32,000 nt of DNA from Cupriavidus necator (GTDB taxonomy: Bacteria; Pseudomonadota; Gammaproteobacteria; Burkholderiales; Burkholderiaceae). The notes under the pieces are model-generated. The model made no database searches, was not told where the DNA came from, and was given only the letters and a program-made list of their open reading frames with translations. A program made the position numbers and the translations under genes. Shown here piece by piece: positions 15,701-23,600 of this stretch (within the stretch, counting starts at the first letter, position 1; each line of letters opens with the position of its first letter). The stretch spans positions 1,590,001-1,622,000 of the forward strand of contig NZ_CP066018.1 of the NCBI RefSeq assembly GCF_016127575.1, written 5' to 3'.

Positions 15701-15836
15701 ATCGGTCGAATACACGGTGCGGCTGAACAACGCCGGCGACTTCGCGCTGCCGCCCACGCGCGTGGAAGCGCTGTACGCGCCCGACGTGTTCGGTGTGGCG
15801 CCCAATGCGCGGCTGGCGGTGGGGGCGCGCCCATGA
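9765..15836 (+). CDS. yfhM: Bacterial alpha-2-macroglobulin family protein (YfhM/ECAM-like) with an intact thioester motif
   Basis: The ORF is about 2,000 aa. The thioester CLEQ is encoded at 14406-14417 (NYPFTCLEQRASK). MG-domain-like repeats are present, and the signal peptide reads ...AVLALVATLGILAAGGAQAAQ. The start ATG 9765 lies 8 nt after GGAGG (9752-9756), with alternatives at 9807 and 9813. No lipobox Cys is present. Confidence 0.92.
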   Translation: MKGIVARADRGLGRMPMQLHARRAVLALVATLGILAAGGAQAAQVTRFSPEGTVGQVRQVAIRFDEAMVPMGDVQATAPAAVSCTGAGTGGQARWIDAKNWVYDFASDLPPGVRCTVRMRTGLRSVAGTAYAGKPEYRFETGGPTVVSSRPAGGEIEEDQVFALRFNGAATAASVREHAWCQAQGLGERIPVRLLAGKERDAVLDAIHWERIAKQAPDAVHLLACQQRLPAAARVQLVLGAGIATPSGVATRDERRFDYTVREPFTASFSCEREHAQSPCTPLRPMSVSFSSPVPRKLAESVVLKTPSGPRAPQFDPDLAPDASVSALTFAAPFAEKAQFTIEVPRNLKDDSGRTLANADLFPLKVATASMPPLAKFAAAPFGVVERFGELPRGKAPADYPPLLPVTLRNVEADLAVRGVQARAGTVMKLRVDDDTAVMQWFGLVRRMHEASYTRAELDAVLAGRSPYRVNNPRNAVSIETRSVSLLERAPGVQKLAVPKPSGDAPRPFEVVGIPLPEPGFHVVEIASPMLGESLLGKRAPMYVRTAALVTNLGVHFKLGRSAGNEDDGSRSGLAWVTALDDGKPVADAAVAVRDCSGRLLGEGRTDASGVVRFARLAAAPEGACEQNGLSGYFVSARIGVGHPQARGKADMAFVMSDWNRGIESWRFNVPTDTGTAPTVRAHTIFDRTLLRAGETVSMKHVIRAETAQGFALPPASRPLPTRVVIRHEGSGQTYELPLQWRQTATGGRSAESSFQVPAAAKLGVYSVELETQKGEGAQDNGGARGYTSGSFRVEAFRLPVLAGTLQVAGKAGPMVAPAELPVGVEIHYLSGGGAAGLPVRVSALLRDKYVSFPGYDEFSFNPPRAQRESASGDEEMDEDEQGDASADSQKLVADKLPVTLDKNGNGTVTLRKLPKIEAPRDLLLEAGFADPNGEIQTLRQTVPVWPAAVVAGIRTDGWVSVKQKLAVHGVVLDVNGKPVADAPVKINARARITTSARKRVVGGFYRYDNRSETRDLGTVCETRTDAQGRARCDVALEQAGQIELVASARDKDGRTAQAASTVWVTRQGELWFGGENHDRIDLLPEKKSYAPGDTAVFQVRMPFRHATALVAVEREGIYQTQVVELHGSDPTVRVQVKPEWGPNVYVSVLALRGRLHEVPWYSFFTWGWRQPGEWWRAFRSEGREYAAPTALVDLSKPAFRLGLAEIRVGNAGHRLDVTVTPDKASYPVRGKARVAIQVKLPEGKPAANGEVALAAVDQALLELMPNTSWDLLDAMLQRRGYGVETSTAQMEIIGRRHYGRKAVPAGGGGGKSPTRELFDTLLVWNPRVQLDAEGRASIEVPLNDSLTSFRIVAVADLGLGRFGTGSATIAATQDLQVISGLPLLVREDDRYRAMFTLRNTTRRAMTVQASARGTLLGNEASLPAQTVQIPAGEAREIGWDVTAPALLAYSRSGTVMWEVQASEQGTGGAADRIKVSQQIVPAVPVTVQQATLAQVSPSLSVPLKAPPGALADPAGKVRGGLQVNFQSSLAGGMPGVREWFRNYPFTCLEQRASKAIGLNDTAAWDALMTQLPSYLDANGLASYFPLNADGDFGSEVLTAYLLAVTDEAARAGLALRIPDAQRTQMERGLTDFVEGRIRRDSWAPVAGTQYLDARKLAALEALSRTGHAQARMLGSIQILPAQWPTSALLDWTLLLTRMQDIPQREQRLAEAQQLLRSRLTVQGTRLAFSTERNDNWWWMMAGGDTNAARLLALASELPGWKEEAPQLATGLLGRQVHGAWGTTTANAWGMLAVTRFSQAFEKTPVAGTTRASVSNAADASRSFDWARAQRTDGVAQGSLDLPWPTGADGGTLQVEHAGAGHPWATVRALAAVPVTAPLAAGYRIRRTVTPQEQAVQGKWSRGDVYRVKLEIDAQADMTWVVVSDPVPAGATILGSGLGRDSTIATRGERRKGAAWPAYTERTPQAYREYFGYLPKGTVSVEYTVRLNNAGDFALPPTRVEALYAPDVFGVAPNARLAVGARP

Positions 15837-16537
15837 GCTGGCTGGCAATGATGATGCCGGCACGCGTGCGCGAGTGGTGGCTCGCGGGCACGCTGGCCGG
15901 CATCATCTACGGCGCGCTGCTGGTGCAGGTGGCGATCGAGCTGCCTGAAGGCGCGCCGCTGACCGGGCATATCGCCATGCAGCCCGCGTGGAAGACCGCG
16001 ATGGCGCTGCTGCTGGCACGCGCCGCGTGGTTCCACCGGCCGCTGGTTGAGCGCCGCTGGCTGGTCACTGCGCTGCTGTTCTCGGCCCTGGGCGACCTCC
16101 TGCTGGCGCTGCCGACGCTGACGTTTTCGTTCATGGGCGGGCTTGGCGCCTTTTTGCTCGCGCACCTGGCCTACCTGCGCGTGCTGGTGCCGCTGGCGGG
16201 CGACACGCGTCCGCACCGGCTGATTGCGTGCGGCGCCATGCTGGGCGTGGCGGGCACCATGCTGGGCCGCTTCTGGCCCAATATGGGCCCGCTGACGGTG
16301 CCGGTGGCGGTATACGTGGGCGTGCTTGCGGCGATGGCCTGCAGCGCGCTGGTGGCGCGCCTGCCCACGCCGCTGGCGGCGCTGGGGGCGCTGTGCTTTG
16401 CCGCATCGGACATGATGATCGGCATCGCGCGCTTCCTGGTGCCGTTCGAATCTTTCCAGCTTGGCATCTGGTGGACCTACGCCGCGGCCCAGGTGCTGCT
16501 GGTGGCGGGCATCGTGGCGGGACGCGAGCAGGCATGA
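15833..16537 (+). CDS. YhhN-family membrane protein (lysoplasmalogenase-like)
   Basis: 234 aa and polytopic. YhhN-like segments include SALGDLLLAL, FLLAHLAYL and FAASDMMIG. Its start overlaps the upstream stop as ATGA (15833-15836), and its stop overlaps the pbpC start as ATGA (16534-16537). Confidence 0.75.
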   Translation: MSWLAMMMPARVREWWLAGTLAGIIYGALLVQVAIELPEGAPLTGHIAMQPAWKTAMALLLARAAWFHRPLVERRWLVTALLFSALGDLLLALPTLTFSFMGGLGAFLLAHLAYLRVLVPLAGDTRPHRLIACGAMLGVAGTMLGRFWPNMGPLTVPVAVYVGVLAAMACSALVARLPTPLAALGALCFAASDMMIGIARFLVPFESFQLGIWWTYAAAQVLLVAGIVAGREQA

Positions 16538-18774
16538 AGCAGCGCTGTATTCGCATGGTGCTGGCGACGGCGTTGATCTGGTCCGCGCCGGCCATGGCGC
16601 TGCCGTCCTTCGAGCAAGTCCGTACCGACTGGCGCAGTGCCGACGTGGTGGTGCTGGACCGCCACGGCGATACCGTGGGCCGCGTGCGCGACGACTTCCG
16701 CGCGCGCCGCGGCGACTGGGTCGCGCTGGCCGATACCTCGCCCGCGCTGCGCACTGCCATCGTGCTGTCGGAGGACCGGCGCTTCTATGCCCACAGCGGG
16801 GTCGACTGGCAGGGCGTGGCGGCCGCGGCCTGGGCCAACCTGTGGAACACACGCACGCGCGGCGCCTCGACGCTGACCATGCAGCTGGCGGGCCTGCTCG
16901 ATGAGGACCTGCGCCGGCCGGGCGCGCCGCGGCAGGGCCGCAGCTTGACGCAGAAGCTGGGGCAGGCCGCCGGTGCGGCGGCGCTGGAGCGCAGCTGGAG
17001 CAAGGACCAGATCCTGGAGGGCTACCTGAACCTGGTGCCGTTCCGCGGCGAGCTGGTGGGCCTGTCTGCGATGTCGCAGGTGCTGTTCGGCAAGTACCCC
17101 GAAGGGCTCAACGCGAGGGAATCGGCCCTGGCGGTGGCGCTGGTGCGCGCGCCCAATGCCAAGGCCGCCCAGGTGGCAAGCCGCGCCTGCGGCATCCTGC
17201 GCGAGATGCGCCTGCCGCGCGAGTGCGAAGGCCTGGAAGGCTTTGCGCAACTGGCGCTGCTGCGCACCGGGCCGGTCGCACAGCGCGCCGCGGCCGCCAC
17301 GCCATCGGCGGCGTTGCCGCAGCTGGCACCGCACCTGGCACCGCACCTGGCACGGCGCCTGGTCGGCGAAGCGCGCTCGCAACTGGCCGCGGGCGTACCC
17401 ATGCCTGCGCGCATCGCGTCCACGCTCGATGCCCGCCTGCAGCGCGAGGCTGCCACCAGCCTGGACCGGCACCTGCGCGAACTGGCCGGGCGCAATGTCG
17501 AGGACGGCGCGGTGGTGGTGATCGACAATGCCAGCGGCGACGTGCTGGCCTATGTGGGCTCGTCGGGCACGCTGTCAGGCGCCGCGCAGGTGGACCACGC
17601 GGCGGCGCTGCGGCAGGCGGGCTCGACGCTCAAGCCCTTCCTGTACGAGCAGGCGCTGGAAGAGAAGCGGCTGACCGCGGCTTCGCTGCTGGACGACCGG
17701 CCGGTGAACCTGCCGGTCGGCGGCGGGCTCTACGTGCCGCAGAACTACGACCACCGCTATGCCGGCTGGGTCAGCCTGCGCGCGGCGCTGGCCGCGTCGC
17801 TGAACGTGCCCGCAGTGCGCACGCTGGTGATGGTGACCCCGCACCGCTTCCACAAGCGGCTGGTGGCGTTGGGGCTGCCGTTGACCGAGGCCGGCGACTA
17901 CTACGGGTTCAGCCTGGCGCTGGGCAGCGCCGACGTGTCGCTGCTGGCGCTGACCAATGCGTACCGGGCACTGGCCAATGGCGGGCGCTACGCGCCGCCA
18001 CGGCTGCGGGAAGGGGCGCCGCCAGCCGCATCGATGACAGTGGTGATGCAACCAGGCGCCAGCTACGTGATTGCCGACATCCTGTCGGACCGCCATGCGC
18101 GCGCGCGCACCTTCGGCCTGGACAGCCCGCTCACCACGCGCTTCTGGACCGCGGTGAAGACCGGCACCAGCAAGGACATGCGCGACAACTGGTGCATCGG
18201 CTGGTCGCAGCACTACACCGTGGGCGTGTGGGTCGGCAATGCCAGCGGCGCCAGCATGCACGAGGTCTCGGGCGTATCGGGCGCAGCGCCGGTCTGGCAC
18301 GACATCATGGAAGCGCTGCACCGCACGCGCGCCAGCCACGCGCCCGCCATGCCCGACGGCGTGCAGCGCGTGGCGCTGAGCTTCGACGACGGGCTGGAGC
18401 CGGCGCGCGATGAAGTCTTTCTGGCCGGCACGGCGATCCGGCGCGTCAGCGTGAGCGCACCCGCCGCGCGCCCGACCGCACCCGTGATCGCCAATCCCGC
18501 CGACGGCACCGTGTTTGCGCTGGACCCCGACATGCCGCCCGCGGCGCAGCGGGTCTGGTTCCATGCCGAGGGCGTGGCCGGCCAGACCGCGCGCACGGTC
18601 AGCTGGCGCATGGACGGCAAGCCGCTGGGGCGCGGCGGCGAGGTGGCATGGCTGCCGTGGCCGGGGCGGCACCAGGTGGAGTTGCTCGATGCGTCTGGCA
18701 AGGTGGTGGACCGCATCGGCATCGAGGTGCGTGGCGCGTCAGTGCGCGCGCCGGTGCCAGCGGCCAAACGCTGA
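16534..18774 (+). CDS. pbpC: Penicillin-binding protein 1C (bifunctional transglycosylase/transpeptidase-like)
   Basis: GT51 motifs are SEDRRFYAHSGVDW and GASTLTMQLA. Transpeptidase motifs are STLKPF, SLN and KTGTS, and a C-terminal PbpC domain is present. The start is at MKQRCIRMVLATALIWSAPAMA. The ORF part 16228-16533 overlaps yhhN and is rejected. Confidence 0.93.
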   Translation: MKQRCIRMVLATALIWSAPAMALPSFEQVRTDWRSADVVVLDRHGDTVGRVRDDFRARRGDWVALADTSPALRTAIVLSEDRRFYAHSGVDWQGVAAAAWANLWNTRTRGASTLTMQLAGLLDEDLRRPGAPRQGRSLTQKLGQAAGAAALERSWSKDQILEGYLNLVPFRGELVGLSAMSQVLFGKYPEGLNARESALAVALVRAPNAKAAQVASRACGILREMRLPRECEGLEGFAQLALLRTGPVAQRAAAATPSAALPQLAPHLAPHLARRLVGEARSQLAAGVPMPARIASTLDARLQREAATSLDRHLRELAGRNVEDGAVVVIDNASGDVLAYVGSSGTLSGAAQVDHAAALRQAGSTLKPFLYEQALEEKRLTAASLLDDRPVNLPVGGGLYVPQNYDHRYAGWVSLRAALAASLNVPAVRTLVMVTPHRFHKRLVALGLPLTEAGDYYGFSLALGSADVSLLALTNAYRALANGGRYAPPRLREGAPPAASMTVVMQPGASYVIADILSDRHARARTFGLDSPLTTRFWTAVKTGTSKDMRDNWCIGWSQHYTVGVWVGNASGASMHEVSGVSGAAPVWHDIMEALHRTRASHAPAMPDGVQRVALSFDDGLEPARDEVFLAGTAIRRVSVSAPAARPTAPVIANPADGTVFALDPDMPPAAQRVWFHAEGVAGQTARTVSWRMDGKPLGRGGEVAWLPWPGRHQVELLDASGKVVDRIGIEVRGASVRAPVPAAKR

Positions 18775-18833
18775 GGCCGCTGGCGCTCTGTGCGCAATAA
18801 TGGCGCTTCGCAACGTCTTGCCGGAGCCAGCGC

Positions 18834-19787
18834 ATGTCCCTCGTCCCCCTCGATGCCGCCAGCACGGCGGCGCGCCTGCCGTATCCCGAACTGGCGCAAG
18901 CCATCGCCGACATGCTGGCCGAGCTGCGCGACGGCACCGCCATGGCGCCGCCGCGCATTGCGCTGCCGGTGGGCGATGCGCAAGGGGGCGAAGGCACGCT
19001 GCTGGTGATGCCCGCGCGCAACCGCAGCCTGGTGATGACCAAGAACATCACCGTCCATCCCGGCAACCCGCGGCGCGGGCTGCCCAATATCCTCGGCGAG
19101 GTGGTGGTGGCCGACGCGCACACCGGCGCGCGCATCGCCATGCTCGACGGCCCCACGGTGACGGGACGGCGCACTGCGGCCGTGTCGCTGCTGGCGGCGC
19201 AGTGCTTTGCCGCGCGCAAGGATTGCGAGTTGCTGATCGTCGGCGCCGGCGTGCAGGCGCTGACGCACCTGGAGGCCTTCGTGGCCGGGCTGGGCGTGCG
19301 CAAGGTGTGGCTGCATTCGCGCACGCGCGACAAGGCCGAGGCACTGGCCGCGCACGCGCGCACGCTGGGCGTGGAAGCGCAGGTAGCCGAGTCGGTCGCT
19401 GCAGTATTGCCTCGTGTATCGATGGTGGTCACGGTCACGTCCAGCCGCAGCCCGGTGCTGCCGGACCTGGACAGCGGCCTCTGGCGCGACGATCACTTCA
19501 TTGCCGCGGTCGGTGCGTTCCGGCCCGACATGTGCGAACTGCCGCCGGCGCTGTGCCATGCGGCCGCGGATAGCGGGCGGCTGCTGGCCGATACCCTGTT
19601 CGGGATCGAGGACGAAGCCGGCGACCTGCTGCAGGCCGGCATCGACTGGGCCGACGTGCAGCCGTTCGAGACCGCGATCCTGCAGGCCGATGCCATCCGT
19701 GCGCGGGCCGGCAGCCCGCTGGTGTTCAAGAGCGTGGGCTACGCGCTGTGGGACCTGGCGGCCTGCGTGCTGGCCAGCCGCGGGTGA
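18834..19787 (+). CDS. Ornithine cyclodeaminase / mu-crystallin family protein
   Basis: 317 aa. TGRRTAAVSLLAAQCFA...LLIVGAGVQA is a Rossmann GxGxxA motif, and the overall pattern is OCD/mu-crystallin. The specific substrate cannot be determined from sequence alone. Confidence 0.8.
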   Translation: MSLVPLDAASTAARLPYPELAQAIADMLAELRDGTAMAPPRIALPVGDAQGGEGTLLVMPARNRSLVMTKNITVHPGNPRRGLPNILGEVVVADAHTGARIAMLDGPTVTGRRTAAVSLLAAQCFAARKDCELLIVGAGVQALTHLEAFVAGLGVRKVWLHSRTRDKAEALAAHARTLGVEAQVAESVAAVLPRVSMVVTVTSSRSPVLPDLDSGLWRDDHFIAAVGAFRPDMCELPPALCHAAADSGRLLADTLFGIEDEAGDLLQAGIDWADVQPFETAILQADAIRARAGSPLVFKSVGYALWDLAACVLASRG

Positions 19788-19797
19788 CTAACCCGCG
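19779..19797. terminator. Hairpin CGCGGGT-gacta-ACCCGCG whose loop contains both convergent stop codons
   Basis: The TGA at 19785-19787 ends the plus-strand gene. The CTA at 19788-19790 is the TAG of the minus-strand TetR gene. A 7-bp perfect stem flanks them. Confidence 0.4.
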
Positions 19798-20420
19798 CCA
19801 TCGCGGGCACGCAGCCAGTCGCTGAAAAGCTCGCGCGCCGGTGCCAGGAAGCCGGCGATCGGTTCGCTGCGGTCGCTGGCATACCAGTGGCAGTAGCAGC
19901 CGTGGATGGTCGCCACCATCAGGCGCGCCATCGGCGCGGGCAGTGGGCGCCCGGGGGCGGACAGCGCATCGACCAGGTCCTGCACATGCGCGTCCCAGCT
20001 GCGGCGGATCTCCTCGCGCACGTTGGGCGGCACGCTGCCTGAGAACAGCAAGGCCAGCACGACACCCTTGGCTTCCGGATTGGCCGTGAAATAGTCGGCC
20101 ACCCGGTCGAAGGCGTTTTCCAGCCGCCGCGCCGCGGTCTTGCCCCGGTGCGGCTCCGTGCCGAGCTCCTCGCCGATATCCCGGAACAGGCTGGTTGCGG
20201 CCTCCGCCAGCAGCATTTCCTTGCTGCCGAAATGCCACAACAGGCTGCTCTTGGCCACGCCGGCCTCGGCGGAAATCTGGTCGAGGGTCACCTCGGCGTA
20301 GCCGTGTGCGCTGATCAGCCCGCGCGTCACGGCAAGGACGCGTTCCCGGGTTTCCAGGCCGCGGCGGTTCTTGGTGACGGAGGCTGGAGGCTTTTGTGCG
20401 GCCGGGCGGGTCGGTGGCAT
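19788..20420 (-). CDS. TetR/AcrR-family transcriptional regulator
   Basis: The N-terminal HTH reads RERVLAVTRGLISAHGYAEVTLDQISAEAGVAKSSLLWHFGSKEMLL. Confidence 0.9.
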   Translation of the reverse strand: MPPTRPAAQKPPASVTKNRRGLETRERVLAVTRGLISAHGYAEVTLDQISAEAGVAKSSLLWHFGSKEMLLAEAATSLFRDIGEELGTEPHRGKTAARRLENAFDRVADYFTANPEAKGVVLALLFSGSVPPNVREEIRRSWDAHVQDLVDALSAPGRPLPAPMARLMVATIHGCYCHWYASDRSEPIAGFLAPARELFSDWLRARDGAG

Positions 20421-20517
20421 GGGCGGGGGCGGAAGACAGGTGGTGCCGGCAGCAATTTATGAGTATTCGGGCCGGATGCCTATTTGACAGCGGCCGGGGT
20501 CTGCCAGCAAACTCCAG

Positions 20518-20541
20518 TATTGTACTGAACGTTCAGCACAA
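20518..20541. promoter_or_regulatory. Near-perfect 24-bp palindrome ATTGTACTGAACGTTCAGCACAAT; candidate TetR operator
   Basis: 22 of 24 positions are self-complementary. It lies in the divergent TetR / sulfatase intergenic region, 60 bp upstream of the sulfatase ATG. Confidence 0.6.
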
Positions 20542-20600
20542 TTACGGAAGTGTTGCAGGCCGGATACGGACATCCGGCCCAGGATTTCCAGGAGACCAGG

Positions 20601-22589
20601 ATGTCGTACCCGACTGCCATTGCCGCCGCCGCCGCCGCGCTGGCTGCAGCCGCCATCAGCCTTGCCGGCACCGCCGGCGCCGCACCTGCCCCGGCCACCG
20701 CGGGCAATCCCGCCACCGATGCCACCGCCCGTGCCAATGCGGCCGTGCTGCAACAGCTGCCGTTCCAGGACCGGCGTGACTTCGAGGCCGCGCGCCGTGG
20801 CTTTATCGGCACGCTGGATAACACCGAGATCCGCGATGCCAAGGGCAATGTGGTTTGGGCGCTGGCCCCCTATGGCTTCCTCAAGCAAGACCGGGCGCCG
20901 GCCACCGTGAACCCCAGCCTGTGGCGCCAGGCGCAGCTGAACATGCACAACGGGCTGTTCCAGGTGACGGATCGGATCTACCAGATCCGTGGCTTCGATA
21001 TCGCCAACATGACGATCATCGAGGGCGATACCGGCCTGATCGTGATCGACCCGCTGACAGCGATGGAGACCTCGCGCGCCGGCCTCGACCTGTACTTCAA
21101 GCACCGGCCCAGGAAGCCCGTGGTCGCGGTGATCTATACGCACAGCCATGGCGACCACTTCGGTGGGGTCAAGGGCTTCGTCAGCGAAGACGACGTCAAG
21201 GCCGGGCGGGTCAAGGTGCTGGCCCCGGAAGGTTTCATGGAAGAGGCCGTCAGCGAGAACGTCTTCGCCGGCAACGCCATGAGCCGGCGCGCGCAGTACA
21301 TGTATGGCTTCAACCTTCCGCGCTCGGCAACCGGGCAGGTGGATGCGGGGCTGGGCAAGGGGGTGGCGCACGGCACGCTGACGCTGATCCCGCCGACGGA
21401 CCTGATCCACAAGACCGGCGAGACGCGCACCATCGATGGTGTGCAGATCGAATTCCTGATGGCGCCGGGCACCGAGGCCCCGGCCGAGATGCTGATGTAC
21501 TTCCCGCAGTGGAAGGCACTGTGCGCCGCCGAGGACGCCACCCACAACCTGCACAACCTGTACACCATCCGCGGCGCCCAGGTGCGCGACGCCAACCAGT
21601 GGTGGCGCGCGCTGGACGAGACCATCGACCGCTTCGGCGGCCGCACCGAGGTCCTGTTCGCCCAGCACCACTGGCCTACCTGGGGCCGCCAGGACATCGT
21701 CACTTACCTGGGCAAGCAGCGCGACGGCTACAAGTACATCCATGACCAGTCGCTGCGGCTGGCCAACATGGGCTATGTGCCGGCCGAGATCGCCGAGCGC
21801 GTGAAGCTGCCGCCGTCGCTGGCCGCCGAATGGCATCTGCGCGACTACTACGGCACCGTCAGCCACAACGCCAAGGCGGTATACCAGCGCTACCTCGGCT
21901 GGTATGACGCCAACCCTGCCAACCTGAACCCGCTGCCGCCGGAAGAGGCGGGCAAGCGCTATGTCGAATTCATGGGCGGCGCGGCGCGCGTGCTGGAGCA
22001 GGCGCGTGCGGCGTATGCGCGTGGCGAATACCGCTGGGTGGCCGAGGTGGTCAAGCACGTGGTCTTTGCCGATCCGTCCAACCAGGCTGCCCGCCGGCTG
22101 GAAGCCGACGCGTTGGAGCAGCTCGGCTACCAGGCCGAATCCTCGACCTGGCGCAATGCCTACCTGACCGGTGCCGCCGAACTGCGCAGCGGCCCGCCCC
22201 AGGCCGGCCGCCGCGCCGGCAGCCCGGACGTGCTGCGCGCCATGACCGACACCATGTTCCTGGACTACCTGGCGATCAGCCTGAATGGCGACCGCGCCGC
22301 GGGCAAGACGCTGGCGCTGAACTGGGTACAGCCGGACACCGGCAAGCGCTTTGCGCTGACGGTGGAGAACGGCGTGTTCCGCTACAAGCCCGACGCGCAG
22401 CACGCGTCCCCGCAGGCCACGCTTACCATGCCGCGCGCCGTGCTGATGGGCGTGCTGGCCGGCCAGACCACACTGCAGGCCGAGACCCAGGCGGGCCGCG
22501 CCCGTGTGGACGGCGACCCGCAGGCGCTGGCGACGTGGACGGCGCTGATGGACAAGTCCGAGCCGAACTTCAGCATCGTGACACCCTAA
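20601..22589 (+). CDS. Alkyl/aryl-sulfatase, metallo-beta-lactamase fold (SdsA1/YjcS/BDS1-like), secreted
   Basis: The start ATG 20601 follows AGGAG. An Ala-rich signal peptide is present. The MBL motif is YTHSHGDHFGG, followed by a dimerisation domain and a C-terminal SCP2-like domain typical of type III sulfatases. Confidence 0.85.
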   Translation: MSYPTAIAAAAAALAAAAISLAGTAGAAPAPATAGNPATDATARANAAVLQQLPFQDRRDFEAARRGFIGTLDNTEIRDAKGNVVWALAPYGFLKQDRAPATVNPSLWRQAQLNMHNGLFQVTDRIYQIRGFDIANMTIIEGDTGLIVIDPLTAMETSRAGLDLYFKHRPRKPVVAVIYTHSHGDHFGGVKGFVSEDDVKAGRVKVLAPEGFMEEAVSENVFAGNAMSRRAQYMYGFNLPRSATGQVDAGLGKGVAHGTLTLIPPTDLIHKTGETRTIDGVQIEFLMAPGTEAPAEMLMYFPQWKALCAAEDATHNLHNLYTIRGAQVRDANQWWRALDETIDRFGGRTEVLFAQHHWPTWGRQDIVTYLGKQRDGYKYIHDQSLRLANMGYVPAEIAERVKLPPSLAAEWHLRDYYGTVSHNAKAVYQRYLGWYDANPANLNPLPPEEAGKRYVEFMGGAARVLEQARAAYARGEYRWVAEVVKHVVFADPSNQAARRLEADALEQLGYQAESSTWRNAYLTGAAELRSGPPQAGRRAGSPDVLRAMTDTMFLDYLAISLNGDRAAGKTLALNWVQPDTGKRFALTVENGVFRYKPDAQHASPQATLTMPRAVLMGVLAGQTTLQAETQAGRARVDGDPQALATWTALMDKSEPNFSIVTP

Positions 22590-22859
22590 CCGCACCGAGA
22601 TGGGGCAGGCGCGCGGCCACTGTTGCGTGCCCGCCCTATAAAACCGCTCTTGCCTCAGGGTTTTTTCCTGCGCGCGGCATAAACCGTTGTGCGGATGCCT
22701 CGGTGAACGGCCCTGAGAGCCGCTCCCATGCTGGTTTCTTAGTGGTTAACCCTCCCTTTAGGGGGCGTCCTCTACGAATCAGTGTCATCGGTGAAACAGT
22801 CGTGCTCCGGCTGGCCGGATAATGCACACGGCAGTAACCGAAAGAGGAGTAAGAGGATT

Positions 22860-23582
22860 ATGAAATCGACCTATAAGAAGATGCTGGCGGCAGGCGCTGT
22901 CATGGCGCTGGCCGGAGCCGCACACGCGCAGTCCGCCGGCAGCAATATCGTCAGTCTGGGCTGGTTCCGCGTGATGCCGAACAGCTCCGCCGATCCGCTG
23001 ACTGTCGACAGCATCAACGGCCGCCCGGTCGGCATGACCCGGCCGAACACCGGCGCGGAGATCGAATCTGCCGACACGCTGGGCCTGGCCTTCACGCACT
23101 TCTTCACCGACAACATCTCCGGTGAAATCGTCGCGGGCATTCCGCCCAAGCATGACGTCAAGGGCACCGGCAACTATGCCCAGTATGGCAAGCTCGGTTC
23201 GGTCAAGCAGTGGAGCCCGGCGCTGCTGGTCAAGTACCACTTCTTCGACGCCAAGACCAGGTTCCGTCCCTATGTCGGCATCGGCGTGAACTACACCTGG
23301 TTCACCGACGAGACCATCACCAACCAGAACTTCGTGAACCGCGAGTTCTTGCCGGGTGCGCGCATGACCGCCAGCGCCAAGCCGTCGTGGAACCCGGTCT
23401 TCAACATCGGCGCCAACTACGCCATCAACGACAACTGGTTCGTCGGCCTGTCGGTCTCGTACGTGCCGCTGTCGACCCGCGCGTCCTTCACCACGCAGGC
23501 GGGCCCGGTAACGATCCAGTCACACACCAAGATCAAGATCGATCCGGTGGTGACCTTCCTGAACGTGGGCTACCGCTTCTGA
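22860..23582 (+). CDS. ompW: OmpW-family outer-membrane beta-barrel protein
   Basis: The start ATG 22860 follows AGAGGAGTAAGAGG. The signal peptide is MKSTYKKMLAAGAVMALAGAAHA. OmpW-like strands are present, and the C-terminus is VGYRF. Confidence 0.85.
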   Translation: MKSTYKKMLAAGAVMALAGAAHAQSAGSNIVSLGWFRVMPNSSADPLTVDSINGRPVGMTRPNTGAEIESADTLGLAFTHFFTDNISGEIVAGIPPKHDVKGTGNYAQYGKLGSVKQWSPALLVKYHFFDAKTRFRPYVGIGVNYTWFTDETITNQNFVNREFLPGARMTASAKPSWNPVFNIGANYAINDNWFVGLSVSYVPLSTRASFTTQAGPVTIQSHTKIKIDPVVTFLNVGYRF

Positions 23583-23600
23583 GCGCGGCACACTGACGGC

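Noticed and set aside
20457-22595. 712-aa minus-strand ORF antisense to the sulfatase. Similar cases are 5241-6911 (minus), 7509-9068 (plus), 24350-25813 and 24799-26334 (minus), 553-1578 and 1690-2802 (minus), 16477-17472 and 17575-18672 (minus), and 18213-19559 (minus).
   Set aside because: These are shadow ORFs of well-supported genes on the other strand or in another frame. Their low-complexity Arg/Ala/Gly-rich translations have no domain signatures.
22590-22859. 270-bp sulfatase / ompW spacer examined for a riboswitch, FNR box or intrinsic terminator
   Set aside because: It contains only short, imperfect stems (for example AAAACC...GGTTTT before a T6 run at about 22643-22668), and no TTGAT-N4-ATCAA. 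I recognised nothing with confidence.
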